A DNA stretch of 64,000 bases from a bacterium (GCA_965204535.1 OZ241996.1:1216001-1280000); one strand, 5' to 3'; positions 46,132-55,039 are shown, numbered from the stretch's first letter. Made by a program: numbers and translations. Notes: generated from the letters alone by a model not told the origin.

Positions 46132-47229
46132 CTAGGGTCTGACGGCCAGCGTATGGTCGGGGTCGAGGCGCACGTACACCTTTTCGCCCACGCGCAGGCG
46201 CTCTCTCGAATGCGCCAGCACCTTCCACTCGAATTCTCCCCACTTCACCCGGCAGTCGAGGCAGTTGCCCAGAAAGACGGACTGAATCACCTCGCCCTCA
46301 ATTTTGGGGCCGTCCATGGGCTCGCGCGATGCGTCCACGTTCTCGGGGCGAACGGAGAGATAGGCCTCGTCGCCCTCCGAGAGGCCGTCGGCGAGCAGGC
46401 AGGGGAGTTGCACGTTGTCATCGCCCTGGGAGATTTCGATGGTCCCGGCGCCCCCGCCGCCGTTTCCGACGATGCGGCCCTCGGTCAGGTTCGCCACGCC
46501 GATGAAATTGCTCACGAACTTGTTGACGGGCCGCGCGTAGATGTTATGGGGACCGCCGGTTTGTTCGATGTGTCCCTTGCTCATCACGATAATCTCATCG
46601 CTCATCACGAGGGCTTCCGCCTGGTCGTGCGTCACGTAGATCGAGGTGATGCCGATTTCGTGCTGGATACGCTTGAGCTCGACGCGCATCTGCTCCCTGA
46701 GTTTCAGGTCCAGGTTGCTGAGCGGCTCGTCGAAGAGCAGAAGGCGCGGCCGGAAGACCATCGCGCGCGCGAGGGCCGCCCTTTGCTGCTGGCCGCCCGA
46801 GAGCTGCGTGGCGTTTTTGTCCGCCATGTCGGTGAGGCCGACGATCTTGAGCGCCTCGGCGACGCGGTCGTCGATCTCGGATTGCGCCATCTTGCGTATC
46901 TCGAGCGGGTAGGCCACGTTCTGGGTCACGTCCATGTGCGGCCAGATGGCGTAGCTTTGGAACACCATGCCGATGTTGCGCTTCTCCGGCGCGGTGTTGA
47001 CGCGTTTTTCTATCGAGGTGACCGGCTCCGTTCCGATGCGGATCTCGCCTGCATCCGGTTTGTGGAGGCCTGCGATGCACATGAGCGTCGTGGTCTTCCC
47101 GCAGCCCGAGGGGCCGAGCAGGGTCAGAAATTTCCCCTCCGGAATGCCGAAGGAAATACCGTCCACGGCGCGGTCGTCGCCGAAGTATTTTACGAGATGG
47201 TCGACCTGGAGATAGTTGTTTTCGCTCAT
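46132..47229 (-). CDS. ABC ATPase (PotA/FbpC family), second paralog
   Basis: GPSGCGKTT, LSGGQQQR, FDEPLSNLD, YVTHDQ. Confidence 0.92.
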   Translation of the reverse strand: MSENNYLQVDHLVKYFGDDRAVDGISFGIPEGKFLTLLGPSGCGKTTTLMCIAGLHKPDAGEIRIGTEPVTSIEKRVNTAPEKRNIGMVFQSYAIWPHMDVTQNVAYPLEIRKMAQSEIDDRVAEALKIVGLTDMADKNATQLSGGQQQRAALARAMVFRPRLLLFDEPLSNLDLKLREQMRVELKRIQHEIGITSIYVTHDQAEALVMSDEIIVMSKGHIEQTGGPHNIYARPVNKFVSNFIGVANLTEGRIVGNGGGGAGTIEISQGDDNVQLPCLLADGLSEGDEAYLSVRPENVDASREPMDGPKIEGEVIQSVFLGNCLDCRVKWGEFEWKVLAHSRERLRVGEKVYVRLDPDHTLAVRP

Positions 47230-47233
47230 CGTT

Positions 47234-48982
47234 TTACGCCGTCAGCGCCTCTTTGCCGGCGACTTTCCTGAAGATGACGACGCAGATCAGCAGCGCGACC
47301 GTCTGCGCGATGGAAAGGGCCGACGTCATGGGTTCGTTCTCGAAGTTTGAGAGATAGTACACGCCGACGGAGAGCGTCTCCGTGCCGGCGGAATAGAGTA
47401 TGATGGAGATGGAGAGTTCTCTTAGGAAAATAACGAACAGCAGAATCCACCCGGCGAAGATGCCCGGTTTGAGAAGCGGGATGGTGATTCTCCTGAGCGT
47501 CGTGAGCCATGATGCCCCCGCCATGCGCGAGCTCTGGTCGAGTTCCTCGGATACGGCCATCATGATGGAGGAAATGTTCCTCTGCCCGTACGGGAAAAAC
47601 CGCGTGATGTAGCCGAGCAGCAGTATCCAGAGCGTGGCGTAGATGGGCGTCTTGATGTAGGTGACGAGAACGCCCATCGCCAGCACGATGCCCGGGAAGC
47701 CGATGGGAATGACGCTCAGGAAATCGAGCACCCGCGCGCCGTAGCCCTTGGTGCGGTGGATCATGTAGCTCACGATGATGGCCACCACCATGGCGATGGA
47801 GGCGCCGCCGAACGCGAGGATGAAGCTGTTGATGATGCCGTTGGTCGCCGCCTGGATGCTCTCGGGCCACCAGAAGAAGAGCACCTTCTGGTAGTTCCAG
47901 AACGTGAGTTCCGACCAGATGATTCTGCCCGACCATATCTTGTGCAGGCTCACGAAGAAAAGGCAGATGGTCGGGAAAACCACGGCGACGCACACGTAGA
48001 ACACATTGTATCCGAAAGCGAGCCATTTCCACCCGCCCAGGTCGATGAGATTCGGCCGGAAGCCCTTGCCTGTCACCGTCGTATAGGAACGCGGCGCGAT
48101 GATTCTGTGCTGAATCCAGATGAAAAACGCCGTCACCACGCCCACCACCATGCTCATGGCGGCGCCGAGGTAGTGGTTCGCGTCGTCACCCACCGCTTTC
48201 GTGAATATCTGCGTGGTCAGCGTCTCCCAGCCGAAGGGGGCGGAGAGTTTGAAGGGAACGCCGAACTCCCCTGCCGTCGTCACGAACACGATGATGGCGC
48301 CCGATAGAATCGCGGGCGTCACCAGGGGCAGTGTGATGGTAAATGTGGTTCGCAAGAGGCCCGCTCCCGTCGTGCGCGCGCTGTCTTCCAGCGATGGGTC
48401 CATGCGCCTGAGCGAGCCCACCACGAACAGGTAGACGAGGGGGGCGAAGAAAATTCCCGTCACCCAGATGACGCCCCACAGGTTGTTGACGTTGAACAGC
48501 GGAAAATCAATGCCAAAGAAACTTTTCGCCATGTTGTTCAGCAGGCCGATTTTCGGGGAGGCCAGATTGTGCCAGGCGATGGCGCCCACGAAAGGACTCA
48601 GGAAGAAGGGGATGAGGTTGAAGGGTTCGAGTTGCTCCCGGAACGGGCAGTTGGTTCTCGCGTTGATCCACGCGAGCGATACGCCCAGGAGCGTGGCCAG
48701 GATGGTGCAGCCCGTGCTGATGATGGCGGTATTGATGAGGGCTTTTTTGATGACGCGGCCCTGGAATATATCCCTGTAGTTCTGAAGCCCCCATTCGGTG
48801 TCGAACCCCAGGTCGTCGAGCACCAGAAAGCTGTTGATGACGAGCGCGACCAGCGGCACGATGACCGCCACCGCCACGATGAGGCCGACGATGGTCGTGA
48901 TGATGTTCTCCTGCGTGAACCAGGTGCGCCAGCCGCGCGGAGGAGCGACGTCGATTTGGGGTGCTGCGGTATCCGTAGCCAT
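47234..48982 (-). CDS. Fused two-domain ABC permease (FbpB/ThiP type)
   Basis: Two EAA loops (LEDSARTTGA, LDQSSRMAGA); ATG 48982 downstream of AGGAAAGG. Confidence 0.9.
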   Translation of the reverse strand: MATDTAAPQIDVAPPRGWRTWFTQENIITTIVGLIVAVAVIVPLVALVINSFLVLDDLGFDTEWGLQNYRDIFQGRVIKKALINTAIISTGCTILATLLGVSLAWINARTNCPFREQLEPFNLIPFFLSPFVGAIAWHNLASPKIGLLNNMAKSFFGIDFPLFNVNNLWGVIWVTGIFFAPLVYLFVVGSLRRMDPSLEDSARTTGAGLLRTTFTITLPLVTPAILSGAIIVFVTTAGEFGVPFKLSAPFGWETLTTQIFTKAVGDDANHYLGAAMSMVVGVVTAFFIWIQHRIIAPRSYTTVTGKGFRPNLIDLGGWKWLAFGYNVFYVCVAVVFPTICLFFVSLHKIWSGRIIWSELTFWNYQKVLFFWWPESIQAATNGIINSFILAFGGASIAMVVAIIVSYMIHRTKGYGARVLDFLSVIPIGFPGIVLAMGVLVTYIKTPIYATLWILLLGYITRFFPYGQRNISSIMMAVSEELDQSSRMAGASWLTTLRRITIPLLKPGIFAGWILLFVIFLRELSISIILYSAGTETLSVGVYYLSNFENEPMTSALSIAQTVALLICVVIFRKVAGKEALTA

Positions 48983-49041
48983 AATGTTATTGATGCAACC
49001 TTTCCTGCGAACGCAAGTCTTTTCGGGAATACGAACAAAAG

Positions 49042-49070
49042 AATATAAAGAAGGTCGTTTCCAAAAGCAA
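49042..49070 (-). promoter_or_regulatory. Internal sigma70 promoter for permease-ATPase-capA genes
   Basis: Minus strand TTGCTT-N17-TATATT; conserved in the duplicate copy. Confidence 0.6.
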
Positions 49071-49241
49071 CATGCCCGCGGAACGTCACGTAGATTCGCA
49101 GGGGAGTTCGTCTTCTGGAAAATGTTCACTGCGCGCTACATCGCGAAGGCTCCGCCGCGCCGTGCCGTCGACTGCATAGCGATTCCGGCCAAGCTCTCGC
49201 GGCGTGGCGCGCCGCCGATGTTCTTGTTTGTTGCTTCATGC

Positions 49242-49278
49242 AAAAAGGGTGGGAGTCCTTTGTGGACTCCCACCCTTT
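49242..49278 (-). terminator. Intrinsic terminator after the downstream binding-protein gene
   Basis: Perfect 15-bp stem AAAGGGTGGGAGTCC/GGACTCCCACCCTTT ending in a 5-T run on the minus strand. Confidence 0.85.
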
Positions 49279-49301
49279 CAAGCAACAATCAATAAAGCGT
49301 C

Positions 49302-50408
49302 CTACTTGAAGCGCTTGATGAATTCGGCGCGCGTCGCCTTGAACTTCTTCTGCGCGCCCACCCAGTCCTTGAGACCCAGCAGCTTATGCTTGCTGAGGTC
49401 GAGAAGATAGGGGGCCACGGCCTTAGGCGGTGTGTAGCCTGCGCGGAAGCTGTAGACGGCCTCGCCTTCCACGTATACGTCGGTGCCTTCCTTGGTGAGG
49501 AGGAATTCAACCAGCAGTTTGCCGGCGTTGGGGTTCGGCGCGCCGTTCATGACGGCCGCCTGGTTGCCCAGCATGACCTGGCCTTCTTTATAGTAGCCGG
49601 TCTTGATGATCTTCGCGAGGTCAGGCTTCTTGAGGACGTTCTGCCATACGCGGCCCGTAATGTTCCAGGGGTCGAGGCCGCGCTCGCAGTTGATGAGAGC
49701 CTGCATCTTCGGCTCGGTGCGGAACATGACGACGGGCTTCGTGGCCTTGAGAGCGTCCCAGTACTTGTTCATGTCCATGCCGTTCTCGATGAGCGAGATG
49801 ACGGTGTTGGTGTAGGTGAAGCTCTTGGTGATGTCACCGGCGATGGTCTGGCCCATCACGTTCTTCGCGATGGTGTCGGCATAGGACGTCACGTTGATTT
49901 TTTCCATGCCCTTGCAGGCGCTGTTCCACACCGGCTGGAAGGTGTAGGCCAGTGGCGTCACGACGTAGGGGTAGTTCGCGTACTGGCCGGCCTTCTTGAT
50001 CACCGCCGCGAAATGCTTGTTCCACTCGGCGCTGTCGAGCTTGTGGTACGCGCCGCGCTTCTGGGCCGCGGCGAAGAAGCCGGGTGCGCTCACCACGTGT
50101 ACGTCGACGGTGAACTTCTTGGCCCGCATCTCCTGGCGAACCTGGGAGACGGTGGCGCCTGTGCCCTTGCGCAGGTTACGGAACTTGAAGCCGTCGCCGA
50201 GGCCGTAGTGCTTGGCGAAGGCCGGTCCCATGCGCTTGGCCGTGCGGTCGCTGAACAGAGGGTTGATGATGGTGACGGCGCCCTCTTTTTTCGCTGCGCG
50301 CACGAGCTCTTTCTGGTTTTTCATCATCGCTTCGGATACGAGCGCGCCCGATGCGAAGACGGCCACCGCCGCGAGGGCGGCGACGAAGAAACGGATACGG
50401 GATTTCAT
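49302..50408 (-). CDS. ABC substrate-binding protein (Fe3+/polyamine/phosphoester-like cluster), downstream copy
   Basis: Signal peptide, AAKKEG.VT, APNPNAGKLLVEFLLTKEG; ATG after AGGAGA. Confidence 0.9.
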   Translation of the reverse strand: MKSRIRFFVAALAAVAVFASGALVSEAMMKNQKELVRAAKKEGAVTIINPLFSDRTAKRMGPAFAKHYGLGDGFKFRNLRKGTGATVSQVRQEMRAKKFTVDVHVVSAPGFFAAAQKRGAYHKLDSAEWNKHFAAVIKKAGQYANYPYVVTPLAYTFQPVWNSACKGMEKINVTSYADTIAKNVMGQTIAGDITKSFTYTNTVISLIENGMDMNKYWDALKATKPVVMFRTEPKMQALINCERGLDPWNITGRVWQNVLKKPDLAKIIKTGYYKEGQVMLGNQAAVMNGAPNPNAGKLLVEFLLTKEGTDVYVEGEAVYSFRAGYTPPKAVAPYLLDLSKHKLLGLKDWVGAQKKFKATRAEFIKRFK

Positions 50409-50419
50409 CGAAAATCTCC

Positions 50420-50515
50420 TCATGCAGGAATAGAGTGGAGGCCAAGCCTCCGGTTGAACGAATTTTCATTTTGGGGAGCGATGTCGATTCGCGGTGCTGT
50501 CGTGTTGGTAGCCAT
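50420..50515 (-). other. Chimeric 31-aa leader ORF at the duplication junction (permease N-terminal remnant)
   Basis: MATNTTAPRIDIAPQNENSFNRRLGLHSIPA*; first 14 aa match permease MATDTAAPQIDVAP; TGA overlaps the AGGAGA RBS of the next binding-protein gene. Confidence 0.6.
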
Positions 50516-50583
50516 AGTCTTGTGGATGCAACCTTTCCTACGAATCCTGGAAACGCAAGTCTTTTCGGGAATATGAACAATCG

Positions 50584-50612
50584 ACTATAAAGAACGCCGT
50601 TTCCAAAAGCAA
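50584..50612 (-). promoter_or_regulatory. Duplicated permease promoter now upstream of the second binding-protein gene
   Basis: Minus strand TTGCTT-N17-TATAGT. Confidence 0.6.
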
Positions 50613-50775
50613 CATGCCCGCGGATCATCGCTTAGATTCGCAGGGGAGTTCGTCTTCTGGAAAATGCTCACTGCGCGCTAGATCACGAAGTCTCCGCTCC
50701 GTTGGTGTTTGAATGCCCACCCCGGCGGAACCTTCGCGGCATGGCGCGCCGCGGTATTTCTCCTTTTAATACAGG

Positions 50776-50807
50776 AAGGGTGGGAGCCCATCGTGGACTC
50801 CCACCCC
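50776..50807 (-). terminator. Terminator-like hairpin after the upstream binding-protein gene (weaker copy)
   Basis: GGGTGGGAG.CCA/TGG.CTCCCACCC with a mismatch and a short U-tract. Confidence 0.65.
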
Positions 50808-50834
50808 ATTCCGATCAATGACCAGTAAAGCGTC

Positions 50835-51941
50835 CTATTTGAAGCGCTTGATGAATTCGGCGCGCGTCGCCTTGAACTTCTTCTGTGCGGCGACCCAGTC
50901 CTTGAGACCCAGAAGCTTGTGCTTGCTCAGGTCGAGGAGGTAGGGCTGCACAACCTTGGGCGGCTTGTAGCCGGCGCGGAAGCTGTAAATGGCTTCGCCT
51001 TCCACGTATACGTCGGTGCCTTCCTTGGTGAGGAGGAATTCAACCAACAGTTTGCCGGCGTTGGGGTTCGGCGCGCCGTTCAGGACGGCCGCCTGGTTGC
51101 CCAGCATAACCTGGCCTTCTTTGTAGTAGCCGATCCTGAGGACTTTGGCGAGCTCGGGCTTCTTGAGGACGTTCTGATACACACGGCCCGAGAGGTTCCA
51201 GGGGTCGAGGCCGCGTTCGCAGTTGATGAGCACCTGCATCTTGGGCTCGGTGCGGAACATGACGACGGGCTTCGTGGCCTTGAGAGCGTCCCAGTACTTG
51301 TTCATGTCCATGCCGTTCTCGATGAGCGAGATGACGGTGTTGGTGTAGGTGAAGCTCTTGGTGATGTCGCCGGCGATGGTCTGGCTCATCACTTTTTTGG
51401 AGATGGTGTCAGAATATTGCGTTACACTGAGATCTTTCATGCCCTTGCAGGCGGTGTTCCATACCGGCTGGAAGGTATAGGCCAGAGGCGTCACGACGTA
51501 GGGGTAGTTCGCGTACTGGCCGGCCTTCTTGATCACAGCCGCGAAGTGCTTGTTCCACTCGGCGCTGTCGAGCTTGTGGTACGCGCCGCGCTTCTGGGCC
51601 GCGGCGAAGAAGCCGGGTGCGCTCACCACGTGGACGTCGACGGTGAACTTCTTGGCCCGCATCTCCTGGCGAACCTGGGAGACGGTGGCGCCTGTGCCCT
51701 TGCGCAGGTTACGGAACTTGAAGCCGTCGCCGAGGCCGTAGTGTTTGGCGAAGGCCGGTCCCATGCGCTTGGCCGTGCGGTCGCTGAACAGAGGGTTGAT
51801 GATAGTGACGGCGCCCTCTTTTTTCGCTGCGCGCACGAGCTCTTTCTGGTTTTTCATCATCGCTTCGGATACGAGCGCGCCCGATGCGAAGACGGCCACC
51901 GCAGCGAGGGCGGCGACGAAGAAACGGATACGGGATTTCAT
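50835..51941 (-). CDS. ABC substrate-binding protein, upstream copy
   Basis: 25 aa differences out of 368 from the 49302-50408 copy (hand count). Confidence 0.9.
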   Translation of the reverse strand: MKSRIRFFVAALAAVAVFASGALVSEAMMKNQKELVRAAKKEGAVTIINPLFSDRTAKRMGPAFAKHYGLGDGFKFRNLRKGTGATVSQVRQEMRAKKFTVDVHVVSAPGFFAAAQKRGAYHKLDSAEWNKHFAAVIKKAGQYANYPYVVTPLAYTFQPVWNTACKGMKDLSVTQYSDTISKKVMSQTIAGDITKSFTYTNTVISLIENGMDMNKYWDALKATKPVVMFRTEPKMQVLINCERGLDPWNLSGRVYQNVLKKPELAKVLRIGYYKEGQVMLGNQAAVLNGAPNPNAGKLLVEFLLTKEGTDVYVEGEAIYSFRAGYKPPKVVQPYLLDLSKHKLLGLKDWVAAQKKFKATRAEFIKRFK

Positions 51942-52031
51942 CGGGAATCTCCTCATGCAGGAATAGAGAGAGGGCCAAGCCCCCGGTTAATTGAAAAAAA
52001 TCGCTTATTTCGCATTCACCAGAATAACTCT

Positions 52032-52126
52032 CAGACAGTAAGAAAACGATGCAATAATAGGTTGATTTGTTTACTGTCTGCGAATTTTTGTGGTAGGGAA
52101 GATAGCAGATTCACGGTGTCTGTCAA
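52032..52126 (-). promoter_or_regulatory. Promoter of the transporter operon with leader inverted repeat
   Basis: Minus strand TTGACA (52121-52126)-N16-TATCTT (52099-52104); perfect inverted repeat CAGACAGTAA (52032-52041)/TTACTGTCTG (52071-52080). Confidence 0.55.
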
Positions 52127-52311
52127 ATGCCGTTTTTTTCCGGCAGGCGATAATTCGTGCCGATTATTCGCACACCTTGGTCAAGAGGCGAGGGAAGGGA
52201 AGCGCCTTACTCGCAGTTCGCGCGGGCAAGAGAATTTCGACGCTTCATCGAGCCGCGGCTCTGTGTGGTTTTCCCATGCAGGATGGAATTTCGAGAGAGG
52301 ATTTTTTGAAC

Positions 52312-53136
52312 GTGAAATCGACCGCTTCATCCCTCGTCCAAAGCCACAGACTGGAAGCCCCCCGGGGTTCGTTCATGGAACATGTGGAGGTGATCCTCAT
52401 CGGGGATGGACCTTATATTCTTTTCGATGCGGGCTACCGCGAGTGCATTCCCGAGATGCTCTCCTGGGTGGAAGCGCGCGCCGGGGATGTGCTGGAAAAA
52501 CTGATTCTGACCCACCACCACTTCGACCACTCGGGCGGCGCCGAAGCGGTCTGCGAGCGATTCAATGTTCCGGCCTACGGCCATCCCCTGGAGATGCGAT
52601 TGCTCGAAGAGGAACAGCCGGGTCTATCGGTTTCTCCGATCAGGGAAGGGGAATTCGTCGAGTTGGGGAATATGCGGTTCGAGGCTATCCTTACGCCGGG
52701 TCATTCCCCCGGGCATCTTTCTTTCTGGTGGGCGGAGGAGAGGATATTGCTGGGAGGCGACAACATTCTCCTCCCCTCCACGACGGCGGTGACCGCTCCC
52801 AAGGGGAATCTGGGGGACTACCTCGAATCTCTGGAGAAGGTGAAGAAACTCGCGCCTCGCCTCATCTATCCCGGCCACGGCCCGGTGATCGAAGACCCGA
52901 TTGGCCGCATCGACGAACTCATCGAGCATCGCAAGATGCGCGATGCGCAGTATCTCGAGGCCCTGGAAGAGGGCCACGACACGCCGGCCAAGATAGCGGA
53001 ACTGATATATCAGGATTTGCCGGAACGCCAGAGAGAGCTGGGCGCCAGCGTGATAGAACTGCATCTGGAACGGTTCGTGAAATCAGGAGAAGTCGCTTGC
53101 GCCGACGGGCGCTATTCATTGACGGGTTCGCTTTAA
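52312..53136 (+). CDS. MBL-fold metallo-hydrolase (LACTB2-like, C-terminal winged helix)
   Basis: THHHFDHSGG, TPGHSPGH, GD, YLESL, PGHG; start uncertain (52277-52312). Confidence 0.88.
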   Translation: MKSTASSLVQSHRLEAPRGSFMEHVEVILIGDGPYILFDAGYRECIPEMLSWVEARAGDVLEKLILTHHHFDHSGGAEAVCERFNVPAYGHPLEMRLLEEEQPGLSVSPIREGEFVELGNMRFEAILTPGHSPGHLSFWWAEERILLGGDNILLPSTTAVTAPKGNLGDYLESLEKVKKLAPRLIYPGHGPVIEDPIGRIDELIEHRKMRDAQYLEALEEGHDTPAKIAELIYQDLPERQRELGASVIELHLERFVKSGEVACADGRYSLTGSL

Positions 53137-53148
53137 GGGAGAGGGCTT

Positions 53149-53958
53149 TTGCTCACCAACTGTCACACGCTGGTTCTGCGGGCGCTGCTGGAGCGCCACC
53201 CCGAGATGCCTCATCCCGGGGATGACGCCTACGTCTACAACGTGGCGCCCGACTCCCTGCCCCTCTCAGGGGAATTCAAGCCCCGGGACACCCACCGCTT
53301 CGCCCCGCCTGAGGGCGTGATGGAGCGATTCCCGAAACTCTTGTGGGTGAAATGCCATCTGGTGGTCGACAACCTGTGTCACTACGGGAGCGTCGCCAAG
53401 AAAAAGAGCGGATTGTCTCCCTCTCAAAAACAGGGTTACACCTACCGCAAGGGGGTTGAACTCATCCCATTGATGCGCGAATTCACGCAAGAATTGGGCG
53501 TTGCGCCCGATGAGGCGAGCCTCCACTATCTTGCGCACATTCTGGTGGAAATCGCGGTCGACTACGCCATCCATCTCGACGACGGGACCGTGGGAGAGCA
53601 GCTTCGCGATGCGCAGGACGCGATGACGGAAGCGCAAAAACGCGACTACGCCGAGGGTCTCGGCGCCTTGTATGGCTGTAAGCCTGAGAAAGTCGCGCGG
53701 GCGCGCGGCGCTCCCCGTAAGTTCTATGGAGATTGGCACGACGTGGAGCATCTCTTCGTGAATGGACGGACGAAAATCGTTCTGAGGAAGCTCGGGTTGC
53801 CCTTCAGCGAGGAGAACACGGAGCGGACGTGCCGCCTCATCGAAGAGGGGGCGCGGTTGACGAGCGATTACATGGATTTCATTGATGAGTCCGTGGATGC
53901 GCTCTCGGATTGGGCGGCCTGGGAAGGAGAGGTCGCCATAGAGGGCGCGGGTTTTTGA
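53149..53958 (+). CDS. Hypothetical protein, zinc-dependent phospholipase C/P1 nuclease-like fold
   Basis: N-terminal H near residue 6, APD, TH, HLVVD..CH, HILVEIAVD pattern. Confidence 0.5.
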   Translation: MLTNCHTLVLRALLERHPEMPHPGDDAYVYNVAPDSLPLSGEFKPRDTHRFAPPEGVMERFPKLLWVKCHLVVDNLCHYGSVAKKKSGLSPSQKQGYTYRKGVELIPLMREFTQELGVAPDEASLHYLAHILVEIAVDYAIHLDDGTVGEQLRDAQDAMTEAQKRDYAEGLGALYGCKPEKVARARGAPRKFYGDWHDVEHLFVNGRTKIVLRKLGLPFSEENTERTCRLIEEGARLTSDYMDFIDESVDALSDWAAWEGEVAIEGAGF

Positions 53959-54121
53959 CTTCGCGCACATCGCCGGTGAAACATTATGGAAATTATCCGT
54001 CCGTCTGCATGAGGACTTTGCCGGGCATTAGCCGGGCATTAGAAAAGGGGCATCCGGGCGAGGTAGACCGCCCCTGCGTTCGAGTGAGTATTTTTTCCGA
54101 GGGAAGCGGGGCGACGGGTGG

Positions 54122-54289
54122 TCAATCCTGGGCTGGCGGGCGTGGCGACAGCCAGCCTTCCATCACGCCTTCGATGTGTGATATCCGCGCTTCGAGTCCG
54201 CTTATTTTTCGCCACAGGGAAAACCAGCCCAGTCCGAACAGGATGATCATCGGGAAGTTGGATTGATCCAGCAATGTGACCCAGTTCAT
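54122..54289 (-). CDS. Small TM + coiled-coil protein (55 aa), not in supplied ORF track
   Basis: MNWVTLLDQSNFPMIILFGLGWFSLWRKISGLEARISHIEGVMEGWLSPRPPAQD*; TAAGGA upstream. Confidence 0.6.
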   Translation of the reverse strand: MNWVTLLDQSNFPMIILFGLGWFSLWRKISGLEARISHIEGVMEGWLSPRPPAQD

Positions 54290-54546
54290 TGTATTCTATC
54301 CTTATAAAGAAAAGAAAGGTAGCTGGGTCCCCAGATACAATTAAGTCCTGGCACATATGTTCAAGCACATCAATCCTCCCGTTCAGGGAGGTTGTTTCAA
54401 CGCCGCTGGCCAAGCGAAAAACACCGCAAAATACGACGCCCTTCCGCGCTATTTTTCCAGTTTTTGCGCAGGAAAATCCTGTAGTTTCAGGTTTATTTCT
54501 GCTTCTGCGACGAGCCGGATTTTTCCGGCCGTCGGAGTTGCGAGTT

Positions 54547-54819
54547 CTAGTTCACGGAGGCCTTCAGGCCCGCTCCCGCCTTGAACTTCGGCACGGTGGC
54601 CGCCGCCACCATAATCTCCTCGCCCGTTCTCGGGTTGCGCGCCTTGCGGGCCGCCCGCTGGGAGACGCTGAATGTGCCGAAGCCCGTGAGCGTCACCTTA
54701 TCTCCGCTCTTGAGCGCCGAGGTTACGGCGCCCACGAATGCGTCGACTACGCCCTGGGCGCTCGACTTGCTCAGGTTCGCCTGTGCGGCGATGGCGTCTG
54801 CGAGTTCACCTTTGTTCAT
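54547..54819 (-). CDS. hup: DNA-binding protein HU
   Basis: MNK.EL, GFGTF, R.AR..RNPRTGE.I, VPKFKAG..LK. Confidence 0.97.
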   Translation of the reverse strand: MNKGELADAIAAQANLSKSSAQGVVDAFVGAVTSALKSGDKVTLTGFGTFSVSQRAARKARNPRTGEEIMVAAATVPKFKAGAGLKASVN

Positions 54820-55039
54820 TTCTTCTTCTCCTCTTTCGCCCTGAGCGGCGCGCGGGCGGTGCGTGCGCGCTCACGCCTTCTCTGTTTGCTGAAACGATAT
54901 CCAACAACAGAAATCCAAAAATGTTTTAGGCGGAAATGAAATACAGGGCGGGCAATTCCTTAATGACGAGCGAATTATAGCTATCTATGCCATTGCTTGC
55001 AAGCGCAAAACGCTTGTCTGTCAAGGGATCGCGCTGAAG

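Larger units (their letters stand above)
48942..51988. repeat. Tandem duplication, period 1533 bp (binding-protein gene + terminator + permease promoter + permease 5' end)
   Basis: 48942-50455 aligns with 50475-51988 (GGAGCG at 48942/50475, CCGGTT at 50450/51983, stops at 49302/50835). Confidence 0.92.

Noticed and set aside
49071-49240. Conserved block in both duplicated intergenic regions as a riboswitch
   Set aside because: It lies upstream of the predicted promoter and downstream of a terminator. The similarity is explained by the duplication and I recognise no aptamer motif.
50919-53225. 768-aa plus-strand ORF
   Set aside because: Antisense shadow of the binding-protein gene running off-frame through the MBL gene. 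It has no motifs, which is typical of high-GC DNA.
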